Made by a program: the position numbers and the translations under genes. Positions 53,014 through 62,200 of a stretch of DNA of 64,000 nt are shown here, one piece after another. The first letter of the stretch is position 1. Each line of letters opens with the position of its first letter. Source of the stretch: Candidatus Binatia bacterium (GTDB lineage: Bacteria; Desulfobacterota; Binatia; HRBIN30; JACQVA1); contig DATKMK010000066.1 of the NCBI GenBank assembly GCA_035541895.1, positions 31,004 to 95,003 of the forward strand, read 5' to 3'. The notes under the pieces are model-generated. The model made no database searches, had not been told where the DNA came from, and worked only from the letters and a program-made list of their open reading frames with translations.

Positions 53014-53223
53014 CGAGGTCTCCCTTTTCAAACGTCGTCGGAGTGAACTAGTATGTGCGGGGTAGAGCATTGTCAATTTTCCTCGCGCGCAACAGAGTGG
53101 CGACCGCTCAGACCGATTTATTGCGATGCTCTTCGGTCGAATTGGCAGGATATGCGGTCGCAAACGAGGCTGGAGTTCCGAGGTGGGTCGCTCGCGCGGA
53201 ACAATTGACCGGTTGGCCACAAC

Positions 53224-54402
53224 GTGAGTGACAGAGCCATGAAGCGCGCGCAACATATTGTCGAGGGCGCGGCGCGTCTCGAACGCTGGCGCGGCGACGT
53301 ACACATGCGCGCAGAAAACGCCTTTCGGCAGCAACTCGGATTCGTGTATGGAACCGGGCTGGCGTACGGTCTCCACCTCGGGTTGATCCATCTGTATCTC
53401 TTCCGTTCGCCGCGCGCGCTGTTGGCGTTCACGGTCGCGACACTGATTTTTTCCTCGCTCACCCTCGTGCTGTGGAAGTGGGTGCTGCCGCTGTTCTCCG
53501 ATTGGCCGCACGGGCGGCGGCTGGCGGCACAGATCGCGGTGGGCGTGGTGGCCTTCGCGACGCTATCGGTGCTGACGACCGAAGGCAACGCAGCGCTGTT
53601 CGGAGGGCTATCGATTTTTCACCCGTATCAAGGCGAGGACATCGCCGTCACGATTCACCGCGAGGCGCTGCAGCGCGCACCGCTGATCTACACGCTGATC
53701 CCAATCGTGCCGACCGTGCTGCTGTGCGTGGTCGGATTCAATCAGCACTGGTGGCGGATCGTGACCCTGGAAGGGCGCGAGCGCGAGCTGCGGGAGCTGG
53801 CGGTGTCGGCGCAGCTCGCGGCCCTGCGGGCGCAACTCAACCCGCACTTTTTCTTCAATAGCCTCAACTCGATCGCGCAGTTGATTTCCACCGATCCGGC
53901 GAAGGCGGAGGCCTGCGTCGAACGGCTGGCGGAGATTTTCCGCTACATGCTGCGCCGCGGTCACACGGAGTTCGTGCCGCTCCAGGAAGAGTTGGAGATC
54001 GCCGAGGCGTACTTGGAAATCGAGCGGGCGCGCTTCGGCGATGATCTGGCCGTCGACGAGCAGATCGACGAGCGCGCCCGCGCGGTGCGACTGCCGGAGC
54101 TGATCCTGCAACCGCTGGTGGAGAACGCCGTCAAGCACGGCGTGTCACGCAAAATCGGCGGCGGTCAGGTCCGCATCGAAGCCGCGTTCGACAACGGTGA
54201 TCTGCGCCTCACGGTTGCCGACACCGGGGCCGGGATTCAAGATGCCAGTCGAATTTTTGAATCGGGCGTCGGGCTGAAGAACGTGCGCGCCCGCTTGCTT
54301 CGGTTGTACGGGCCGGCGTATGCGCCGGTGGTCAAGAGTATCGCGGGGCACGGAACGACGGTGACGCTGCGGATTCCCACGACGACAGTGAGCACTGCAT
54401 GA
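53224..54402 (+). CDS. LytS/YehU-type sensor histidine kinase
   Basis: N-terminal hydrophobic helices, then LRAQLNPHFFFNSLNSIAQLI (His_kinase, LytS-type H-box), LQPLVENAVKHG and DTGAGI ... GVGLKNVRARL (HATPase). Start at the GTG at 53224 or the ATG at 53239. Confidence 0.85.
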   Translation: MSDRAMKRAQHIVEGAARLERWRGDVHMRAENAFRQQLGFVYGTGLAYGLHLGLIHLYLFRSPRALLAFTVATLIFSSLTLVLWKWVLPLFSDWPHGRRLAAQIAVGVVAFATLSVLTTEGNAALFGGLSIFHPYQGEDIAVTIHREALQRAPLIYTLIPIVPTVLLCVVGFNQHWWRIVTLEGRERELRELAVSAQLAALRAQLNPHFFFNSLNSIAQLISTDPAKAEACVERLAEIFRYMLRRGHTEFVPLQEELEIAEAYLEIERARFGDDLAVDEQIDERARAVRLPELILQPLVENAVKHGVSRKIGGGQVRIEAAFDNGDLRLTVADTGAGIQDASRIFESGVGLKNVRARLLRLYGPAYAPVVKSIAGHGTTVTLRIPTTTVSTA

Positions 54403-55151
54403 TTAGCACCCTCATCGCCGACGACGAGAAGCTCGCGCGCGATCGGATCGCGTCGTTTCTTCGCGGTATCGGCGACGTCGAGGTGGTGGGGCAGGCGCGC
54501 AACGGCGTCGAGGCGGTGAAGCTCATCGAAGAGACGGACCCGCAGCTCGTGCTGCTCGACGTGCAAATGCCCGGACTCGACGGCTTCGATGTGCTGCGCA
54601 GCATCACGAAGACACCTCACGTGGTGTTCGCGACGGCGTTCGACGAGTACGCGATCCGTGCCTTCGAGGTGCACGCGGCGGACTACCTGCTCAAGCCCAT
54701 CAGCCGGGGACGATTGGAGCAAGCCATCCAGCGGGTGCGCACGCGGTTGTCGCAACACGCACCCGCCCCGGAACTGCGCGAGCTGATCGAGCGGCTGGCC
54801 ACCCCGGTGCCGCGGTTTGCGACCCAGTTGCCGGTGCACAAAGGGCGGCAGATTCTCATTCTCAACGTCGGAGACATCTTGTGGTTCGAAGTTCGCTTCC
54901 GGCTGGTCTACGCCCACGCCGACGGCATGCAGTACATGACCAACTTCACGCTCAAGGAGTTGGAGGATCGGCTCGATCCGGAGGTGTTCTTCCGCGCCCA
55001 CAAATCACGGCTGGTCAACCTGCACCGGGTCAAGGCGATCGTGCCCTGGTTCGGGGGCCGGTTCAAGTTGGTGATGCGGGACCAGGCAAGTTCCGAGGTC
55101 GAACTGAGCCGCGCGCAAGCGCGCGTGTTGCGCGGCCGCATGAAGTGGTAG
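54399..55151 (+). CDS. LytTR family response regulator
   Basis: Receiver (LIADDEKLARDRI, LLDVQMPGLDGF, VVFATAFDEYA, DYLLKP) plus a C-terminal LytTR DNA-binding domain (ILILNVGDILWFE ... FFRAHKSRLVNLHRVKAI). Overlaps the kinase stop by 4 nt. Confidence 0.9.
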   Translation: MISTLIADDEKLARDRIASFLRGIGDVEVVGQARNGVEAVKLIEETDPQLVLLDVQMPGLDGFDVLRSITKTPHVVFATAFDEYAIRAFEVHAADYLLKPISRGRLEQAIQRVRTRLSQHAPAPELRELIERLATPVPRFATQLPVHKGRQILILNVGDILWFEVRFRLVYAHADGMQYMTNFTLKELEDRLDPEVFFRAHKSRLVNLHRVKAIVPWFGGRFKLVMRDQASSEVELSRAQARVLRGRMKW

Positions 55152-55256
55152 GCGGGGCCGACCTCGCGTTGACGCTGTCCGAGAAACTGTTTACAGTCCG
55201 ACGTCGTTTCGCTGCCATAGAACGGAAGGTTTTGCCGCCTCAACGAAGGAGACCGG

Positions 55257-56768
55257 ATGCAGACGCGAACGCTAGTAGGGCAAATTGGTGCGGTGATCCT
55301 GTTCACCCTCGGCAGCGGATCGTTGGCGGTGGCACAGTGCCCTAGCGACTGTCCGATTCCGGGTGGCGGGACGCCCAGTGTCGACTGTTTGGCCGAGTAC
55401 TTTGCCGGGGTCGACTCCGCGACCGCTCACGAACGCGTGATTCGCTGCGAAGATGGCGCGGCGTGTGACCAAGATGGTGCCGTGAACGGCAGTTGCACGT
55501 TCAACGTCCGGGTCTGCCTCAATCAAGCCGACCCTGCGCTTCCGACGTGCACCGCGAGCGGCGTGGACGAATTCGAGGTGCGCGGATCGAGCAGCGACCC
55601 GCAACTCGCCCAGTTGGAAGCCAACGTCGCGGTCTTCTTGCCGGCGACGACCGGCGATGTCTGCACCGTCGATACTCCGATGACCGTGCCGTTGGGCGGT
55701 ACGACTGATCATCCACTCAACGGCCGCAAGCGAATCCGCTCCGTTGCGCGCAGCTTCAGCAGCGGGAAGGATGTTGACTCGGTGGAGCTGCTGTGCACGC
55801 CGCCGCCGCGGCCGCTGGGAACCCGCCACTTCGTCGTCAAGTCGTCGAACAGTCCGTTCTTTGCCGTCATCGGAACCCTCTCGCTGCCGGCCGGCAACTT
55901 TCAAGGCTTTCTCGACCTGGAAGCGGGTACTCCCGACGCCAACGGCTTCGCGCCGATCAACGTGCCGAGTGCCTCCGAATATATTTCCGCGAATATCCAG
56001 CTTGCCGGCATGATTCTTTGCCTCAAACCGCATGTGCCGGCGACCAACGTAGGCCTGGTTGCCTGCAAAGGATTGGACATCAGCTATGCCGCGAGTGTCG
56101 ACCATGTTGCCGGCACCGTCGGTCAGAATGGCTTTACCGTGGATGATTGCACGGCGATCCGTGGCAGCCTTGGTAACGGCACGGTCGAGTACGGGCGTTG
56201 CGCCGACAACGATGACAATGAGACCGCTCAGCAGTGTCTCGCCAACACCGATTGCACCGCCCCTCTGACGTGTCAGACGCATCTCAGCACACCACACACC
56301 GGCGTGTGCAATGGCCCCATCAACGTTGGGCCCGGGGGCAAGGGCGACAGCGGCCGCGGCGCGGTGGCGATCACGCCGGATCCGGATACCGGTCAGGGTG
56401 GTTTGGTGTTCGATCTGTCCTTTGTGCATCCCGGCAAGTGCCGCAACGACGAGAGCGTCGATTGCAGCAGCAATACGGATTGCGGCGGCGACGTCTGCGA
56501 ACAGGCGTGCGGCGACACCGAACCGACCACCGTTTCTGCCCTGCCGTTCTTCTCCGGGCCGGTGTCAGTGCAGATCTTCCACGCCGACGCGGGCACGACG
56601 AATCGGAAATACGAGACCAAGGGCGAGAATTTCTCGTGTGCCGATTGGACGAACCCCAACGGACCGGGAAAGCTGGTCTTCGCGATTCCGCAGTTGCACG
56701 CGTTTGCGCTCTCCGCCGGACAGTCGCCGAGCGACCTGATCACCGCGTGGGTGCTGTCGGGTCGGTGA
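55257..56768 (+). CDS. Secreted cysteine-rich protein, unknown function
   Basis: RBS AAGGAGA. Signal peptide MQTRTLVGQIGAVILFTLGSGSLAVAQ, then many spaced Cys (CPSDCPIPGG ... VDCLAEY ... IRCEDGAACDQDGAVNGSCTFNVRVCLN ... CTAS). No family recognised. Confidence 0.55.
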   Translation: MQTRTLVGQIGAVILFTLGSGSLAVAQCPSDCPIPGGGTPSVDCLAEYFAGVDSATAHERVIRCEDGAACDQDGAVNGSCTFNVRVCLNQADPALPTCTASGVDEFEVRGSSSDPQLAQLEANVAVFLPATTGDVCTVDTPMTVPLGGTTDHPLNGRKRIRSVARSFSSGKDVDSVELLCTPPPRPLGTRHFVVKSSNSPFFAVIGTLSLPAGNFQGFLDLEAGTPDANGFAPINVPSASEYISANIQLAGMILCLKPHVPATNVGLVACKGLDISYAASVDHVAGTVGQNGFTVDDCTAIRGSLGNGTVEYGRCADNDDNETAQQCLANTDCTAPLTCQTHLSTPHTGVCNGPINVGPGGKGDSGRGAVAITPDPDTGQGGLVFDLSFVHPGKCRNDESVDCSSNTDCGGDVCEQACGDTEPTTVSALPFFSGPVSVQIFHADAGTTNRKYETKGENFSCADWTNPNGPGKLVFAIPQLHAFALSAGQSPSDLITAWVLSGR

Positions 56769-56805
56769 CCAGCGCGCCCGACGACCTCATCGCAGCGTCG
56801 GAGAC

Positions 56806-58677
56806 ATGCGGAGCAGCGTCGTTCGTGGAACGGTCGTAAGCTGCGGGCTGTTCCTGCTGACGGGCGTCGTTGCCGCCGCGGACACCGCGCCCGGCGACGC
56901 GAATTGCGACGGTGCGATCACGACCACCGATGTCGCGGTGCTCGAAGAAGTCATCTTCGATGGCAGCGGATGCGCGGGTGCGGACGTGAACCAGGACGGC
57001 CGTTTGGGTGCCGCGGATCTGACGGCACTGGTCCTCATCGTGGTAAACTCGACGCCGACTCCGACTTCAACGGCATCGCTGACACCAACCGGTACGCTGC
57101 CGACCGTGACGCTGACTCCGCTCCCGAGCACGACGCCGAGCCGAACCCGCACCGGGACGCCGACCGCGACCTCATCCGTCACGCCGACCGATACCCGATC
57201 GCCGTCGCCAACGATCACTGCGAGCGGCGCGCCGACTGAAACCCGGACGCCATCGCCGAGCCTCACCGCATCATTGACGCCCAGCCCGTCGGTGACCGCG
57301 AGCGCCTCAGTGTCGGCAACAGCGAACACGACGCCGAGTAGTCCGACAACTTCGCCCACGCGTACCCGGACGTTTACGATCACCGCGACCCTGACGATCA
57401 CTCCGACGGACACGCGAACCCGCACGCCGACGCCTACGATGACACCGACGATCACGCCGACATCGACGCGTACGCGGTCGCCATCGCCAACACTGACGCC
57501 GACACGCACGCCGACGTCTACTCCGACGTTGACCCACACTCGGACGCCGACGGTGACGCCGACCGTGACGCCGACCCCAACGTTGCGGGCCACCCCGAGC
57601 TTCACCATTACCGCGACTTCGAGCCGCACGCCGTCGGAGACGCCTTCGCCGACCATGACGCGAACGCCGACGGTTTCCGGCACGCCGACCAACACTCTCA
57701 CCCCCTCGATTACGCCGACGGTGACGCTGACCCGCACCCCGACGGCAACGGGAACTCCAACCATCACGTCGACCGTGACGCGCACGCCTTCAGCCTCCGC
57801 GACCGCAACGATTACCCGGACCGGCACGGTGACGCGCACCCCGAGCGTGACGCCAACCATCACTCAGACCAGGACGGCCACACGCACGCCGACCCTGACC
57901 TCCACCAGAACGCCCTCCGCGACCCCGACCATCACGCCGACAGTGACGAATACGCGGACCCCGACTGCAACTCCGACGCAAACCCGGACACGAACACCAA
58001 CGCCCACAGTCACACCCACGCCGACCCTCACACCGTCGCGAACGCGGACGCCGACGGTACCCCGACCGTTCGGAGCCCAAGTGACGTACTTCGGGATCGC
58101 GAACGCGGACGGGCGTGTGCCGACGCCGATCGGGAACGATCCCGGGGGAACGCCGATCTTTACGCGGGGCACCGGTTTTGGATTTCTCTTCGTCGTCGAA
58201 GGGCGGCGCGGAACGAGTGGCAGCCCGGTCGGACAAAAGGTCTTCAACTACGATCCCAACGATTCCACCGTGCGCCCGGACCTCCAGATCCTGACCGATA
58301 CGGCGCTCGGCGATGGCAGCACGGCAGTCTGTGACACCGGCGGACTGCCCCAGGCGACCCCCAATTTGACCCCGATTCCGGCTGGTGGCGTCCCGGCGTC
58401 GGCGCTCACCTTCGGCCCGGGGCAGGCTATTTCCGACGCGATGAATGATTTGGCGTGCCGATTCGATGTCCACGAAACCGCCGATCGTGCGTGCACCCTC
58501 GACAGCGGCGGCAACTTTGCCTTCGCGGGCAAGGACGCCGGCAGCGAGATTCAGTTCTGCGGCGTCGCGACGCATACGCTGACGTTGCGGAGCGGCGACA
58601 CCAAGCTGAGCGCGCAACTCGTCGACGCCGCCGGCCATCTTGGCGACCGGCGCAGCATCATCATACGGGTCCCGTGA
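56806..58677 (+). CDS. Secreted protein: N-terminal dockerin-like repeats, ~335-aa Pro/Thr-rich spacer, ~200-aa C-terminal domain of unknown function
   Basis: Signal-like N-terminus. Ca-binding dockerin loops [21 protein letters not shown] and [20 protein letters not shown]. The T/P/S/R low-complexity region corresponds to 57049-58060. The C-terminal domain is [13 protein letters not shown] ... [10 protein letters not shown] ... LQILTD. Confidence 0.6.
   Translation: MRSSVVRGTVVSCGLFLLTGVVAAADTAPGDANCDGAITTTDVAVLEEVIFDGSGCAGADVNQDGRLGAADLTALVLIVVNSTPTPTSTASLTPTGTLPTVTLTPLPSTTPSRTRTGTPTATSSVTPTDTRSPSPTITASGAPTETRTPSPSLTASLTPSPSVTASASVSATANTTPSSPTTSPTRTRTFTITATLTITPTDTRTRTPTPTMTPTITPTSTRTRSPSPTLTPTRTPTSTPTLTHTRTPTVTPTVTPTPTLRATPSFTITATSSRTPSETPSPTMTRTPTVSGTPTNTLTPSITPTVTLTRTPTATGTPTITSTVTRTPSASATATITRTGTVTRTPSVTPTITQTRTATRTPTLTSTRTPSATPTITPTVTNTRTPTATPTQTRTRTPTPTVTPTPTLTPSRTRTPTVPRPFGAQVTYFGIANADGRVPTPIGNDPGGTPIFTRGTGFGFLFVVEGRRGTSGSPVGQKVFNYDPNDSTVRPDLQILTDTALGDGSTAVCDTGGLPQATPNLTPIPAGGVPASALTFGPGQAISDAMNDLACRFDVHETADRACTLDSGGNFAFAGKDAGSEIQFCGVATHTLTLRSGDTKLSAQLVDAAGHLGDRRSIIIRVP
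57049..58060 (+). repeat. Pro/Thr-linker coding low-complexity DNA (imperfect ACGCCGAC / ACCCCGAC periodicity)
   Basis: About 1 kb encoding TPTxTxTPT... strings. It generates a long VGV-rich antisense ORF (56787..57863) that is an artefact. Confidence 0.8.
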
Positions 58678-58716
58678 GCCCGTGGCGCGCGGAAGACAAC
58701 GATCAGGAGCGGCACC

Positions 58717-59202
58717 ATGATTCCGAAGAAGGAGAAATCAATGCGGCGTACCATCGTGGTAGGAGCCGTGCTCGTGGGTAGCGTGGTCGCGTTGGCGGCA
58801 CCCAATGATCCACCGGTGGTGATGTTGGATTTGGGACCGTTGGTGGCGACCCCCGCGCCGACACCGGAGGCGGCGACGCGCAAACGGTTGATCACGTCGC
58901 TGACGATTCAAAACGCGCCGACTGGCGAAAGCGTGATGAACTTTGAATGTTCCGACGTCGCCGAGCAAGCGAATAAGAATAAGAAGTATAAAACCTTGGC
59001 GGCGTCACGCTATGCGCTGAGCGACGATTCGCCCAAGCTGCAGGAGCAACGTCGCAAGATCATCGCTAAGATCCGCGACCTCGAGCACGACTTGCTCGAC
59101 TACGTGAAAGTCGCCGGGCCTCCGAAGGCACGCCGTCCACTGATTGCTCCCGACAGTGCGCCGAAAGATAAGGATGAGGACTCGGACAAGAGCAAGGACT
59201 GA
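58717..59202 (+). CDS. Hypothetical secreted protein with a Lys/Asp-rich tail
   Basis: MRRTIVVGAVLVGSVVALAAP signal-like segment (the ATG at 58741 may be the true start). The C-terminal half is locally AT-richer and charged (KNKKYK ... KDKDEDSDKSKD). Confidence 0.4.
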   Translation: MIPKKEKSMRRTIVVGAVLVGSVVALAAPNDPPVVMLDLGPLVATPAPTPEAATRKRLITSLTIQNAPTGESVMNFECSDVAEQANKNKKYKTLAASRYALSDDSPKLQEQRRKIIAKIRDLEHDLLDYVKVAGPPKARRPLIAPDSAPKDKDEDSDKSKD

Positions 59203-59219
59203 GCGACTCAGCCGGATCG

Positions 59220-62200
59220 CTACGGCCGAACCGCCAACCACGCTGGAATATCCGCCGCGGTCACGGCGCCGTCGCCGTTCACATCGGCACGCAAATACAG
59301 CTGATCTAGAAACAGCGCAGTGATCAACGCGTCGAGGTCGTGATCGTCGACGACTCCGTCGTTGTTGACATCACCGGGAAGTGGGGTCGCCGTAGCGGTT
59401 GGGGTGCGCGTTGCGGTCGGCAGCAACGAGCCGGTTCGTGTCGGGGTGCCGCTTTGTGTCGGGGTTGGCGTGATCGTGGCGGCACGCGTCGTTGTGATGG
59501 TGAACGTCGGCGTGATCGTTGGCGTCGCGGTGTTGGTGACTGTGGCTGCCGGGGTCTGGGCTTGGCCTGAGAAGAAGCGCGCATAGAGCAGCAAATTCTG
59601 CACCGCCGGTCCGTCGGAGTTGTCGCGACCGGTCCAACAGTACGCGAGCGTGGTGACGATCACGCGGCCGGCGCCGTGGGTGTACTCGATGAAGGACGGC
59701 CCGTTGCCGTTCTGCAGGACCACCTTCGCATCCGCGGGCAGGTTGTTCAGCGCGCCGTTGTCGGTTGAGCCCCAATTGGTGAAATCGCTGCGCCCGAGCG
59801 CGACGCCGCCGTAACCGACGCCGGTGAGATACGCGTGGTTGGGGAGCAGCGTCGATTCGATATTGTTGCCATCCGTCGGCAGGAAACCGACGCCATCGGG
59901 TGCGATGATGTTCTGCGGCGCATTGCCGGTGGAGGGGTCGTTCGCGGCGTTGACCACCACGACGCCGCCCGCGCCGGCAAAGCGTTCGAGGTATCCGCCG
60001 CTGGCCGACAACGAACGCAACAAGTCGTAGTCGTCAACCGATAGACCCGGTGCGACATAGACAGCTTGAAAGACTTGCTGATCGGCCACCGGATCGCGGT
60101 GCTGCAACGACGTCAGTTGCGGGCTCCCGGACGAGAGAGTGAGTGTCAGGGCGACTGAGTTGATGCACGCCACCTGGTCGTCTGCATTGAGGGTGCCGCT
60201 CGGAAACAGAAAATCGATTCGCGGCTGCAACGTCGGCGTTGCCGTCGGCGGCGTCCCGGTCCGAGTCGGTGTGCGAGTACTGGTGGCCGTCGCACTGGCC
60301 GTTTCGGTGGTGCTGGGAGTCGGCGACGGCGTTGCGGTCGCCGCGGGCGGAATGGCCGTCAGACTTGGTGAGGGGGTCGAGGTGGATGAGACCGTTGTCG
60401 CAAGCACCGACGTGCCGGTTGCCGTCGCGGTTGCGGACGGAGGAGCGGTCGCGACCGCGGTGCCCGTCGGCGTCGCAGACGGAGTCGACGAATTGCTCGG
60501 CGTTGCGGTCGCCGGCTGCGTCCCGGTCGTGGTGATCGTTGCGGTCGCGGTGAGCGTGACAGTCGGTGAACGCGTTGGCGTGCCGGTATGCGTGTTCGTT
60601 GGGGAATTCGTCGGTGTCGCGCTCGGAAGCGGAGACGCGGTGGCGGAGGCGCTGGCGGTCGCCGACGGCGTCGGCGATGCGGACGCAGTGGCGGTTGGTG
60701 TTGCTGACGACGTTGCGGTTGATGTGGGCGTATCCGTCGCCGTCGGGGGCGCTGTGATCGTGAAGGTAAACGTGGCGGACGGAAGCGGAGTCGGCGTCGC
60801 GGTTGGCGTGTCGGTCGGCGAGGGGGTTGCGGTTGCTGTATCGGTGAACGTCGGCGTGGCCGAGGCGGTATCCGTTGGCGTCGGGCTCGCAACAAACGAT
60901 GGATCGAACGCGACCTCGACGATTGCCTGCGTCACGATCACACGCTCGGTCCCGGTCGAGTGGCGAACCCCGAACTCCGCCCGATTGAGATCAGTGATAC
61001 CCCACGGAACCTGCGTGACCGGATTGAACGGCTCGATGCGCGCGAAGCCGGTGAGAGTTGCGCCGAACACGACGGCGCTCTCGAACTGCACCGGGGTGAC
61101 GCTCGACCCGCCGCACGCCGCCGAGTCGATGCCGACAAACAGGCCGGACGCCGGCGCCTGCGCCGGATCCTCGGAGCCAGTGATCGAAAATTTGGCGGCG
61201 ACGACCTGCCCGGTCACGCCCAGCGGAGCGAGGCTCTGATGACAAAAGGAACTCTTCGCGTTCGGCTGCGTCGAGGTCAGACCCGGTCCGGCTGGTGGGA
61301 CCGGGGCGACGCACAAGTAGTCGGCGCCGCCGCACCCGGGTGGAGCGGGGCCCCAATCGATGAACGTGGCGTCTTGGTTTACGCGCGCGCCCACGATGCG
61401 GATGGTGCCTGGCCAGATGTCGCTGCGCGAAATCGTGTGATCGTCCCAGATCAAGGTCAGGGTGCTGGTTGCCGTCTGATCGGCCCCGATGATCGTGTTG
61501 TCGATCGCGACGTTGGTGGCGTGCGCGCCGAGCACTTCAGTAATCCCGGCGACGCGCAGTTCGACGGAGCCATTCCCGCTGCCCGCCTGATATTGGACCT
61601 CGTAATGTGTGAACGACGGGCACGCGGTCAGCGCGCTGGTCGACGTGCCGATGACCGTGCCGCCGACCCGGATCGATGCAGTCCAGTTGGAGTTGAGGAA
61701 CAACTCCACCACGTCGGTGCTGCCGGCTCGCCAGCTCCGCACGCGTCGAGGTTGCGGCAGCGTGTTCGAGAGCCGGCAGACGTAGACGCCATCGGTAAAG
61801 ACTCCGCTGGCGCTGCTGATCCCGACCGTACCGAACGACGGCGACATGCTTCCGGTGGTGCGCAGGACGTATTGCCCGCTGTGCGGCGACGGCGTCGCGA
61901 GAACCTCGGCGGTGCCGCCGTAGTCGTTGAGGGATCCGCCTTCAAACCCGTTCAAGCGGTCGACCGACCGCAGCGTGGGCGGCGTCGGCGTGAGCGTGGC
62001 CGTACGCGTGGGGGTGCGGGTCGCGGTGGCCGTCGGGGTTGCGGTAGCGGTTCCACTCGGCGTCGCGGTTGCCGTGTCGCTCGGTGTGGCTGTGGGCGTT
62101 GGTGTTGCCGTCGGGGTGAACGTTGATGTCCACGTAAAAGTCGCGGTCGCAGTCGGGGTGAACGTAAATGTCGGCGTGGCGGTCGGCGTGGCGGTGTTGG

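Noticed and set aside
53014-53511. The upstream two thirds of ORF 52666..53511
   Set aside because: Only the last 115 codons have an RBS, a signal peptide and plausible composition. The upstream part overlaps the lytS-type gene start region and reads as low-complexity sequence.
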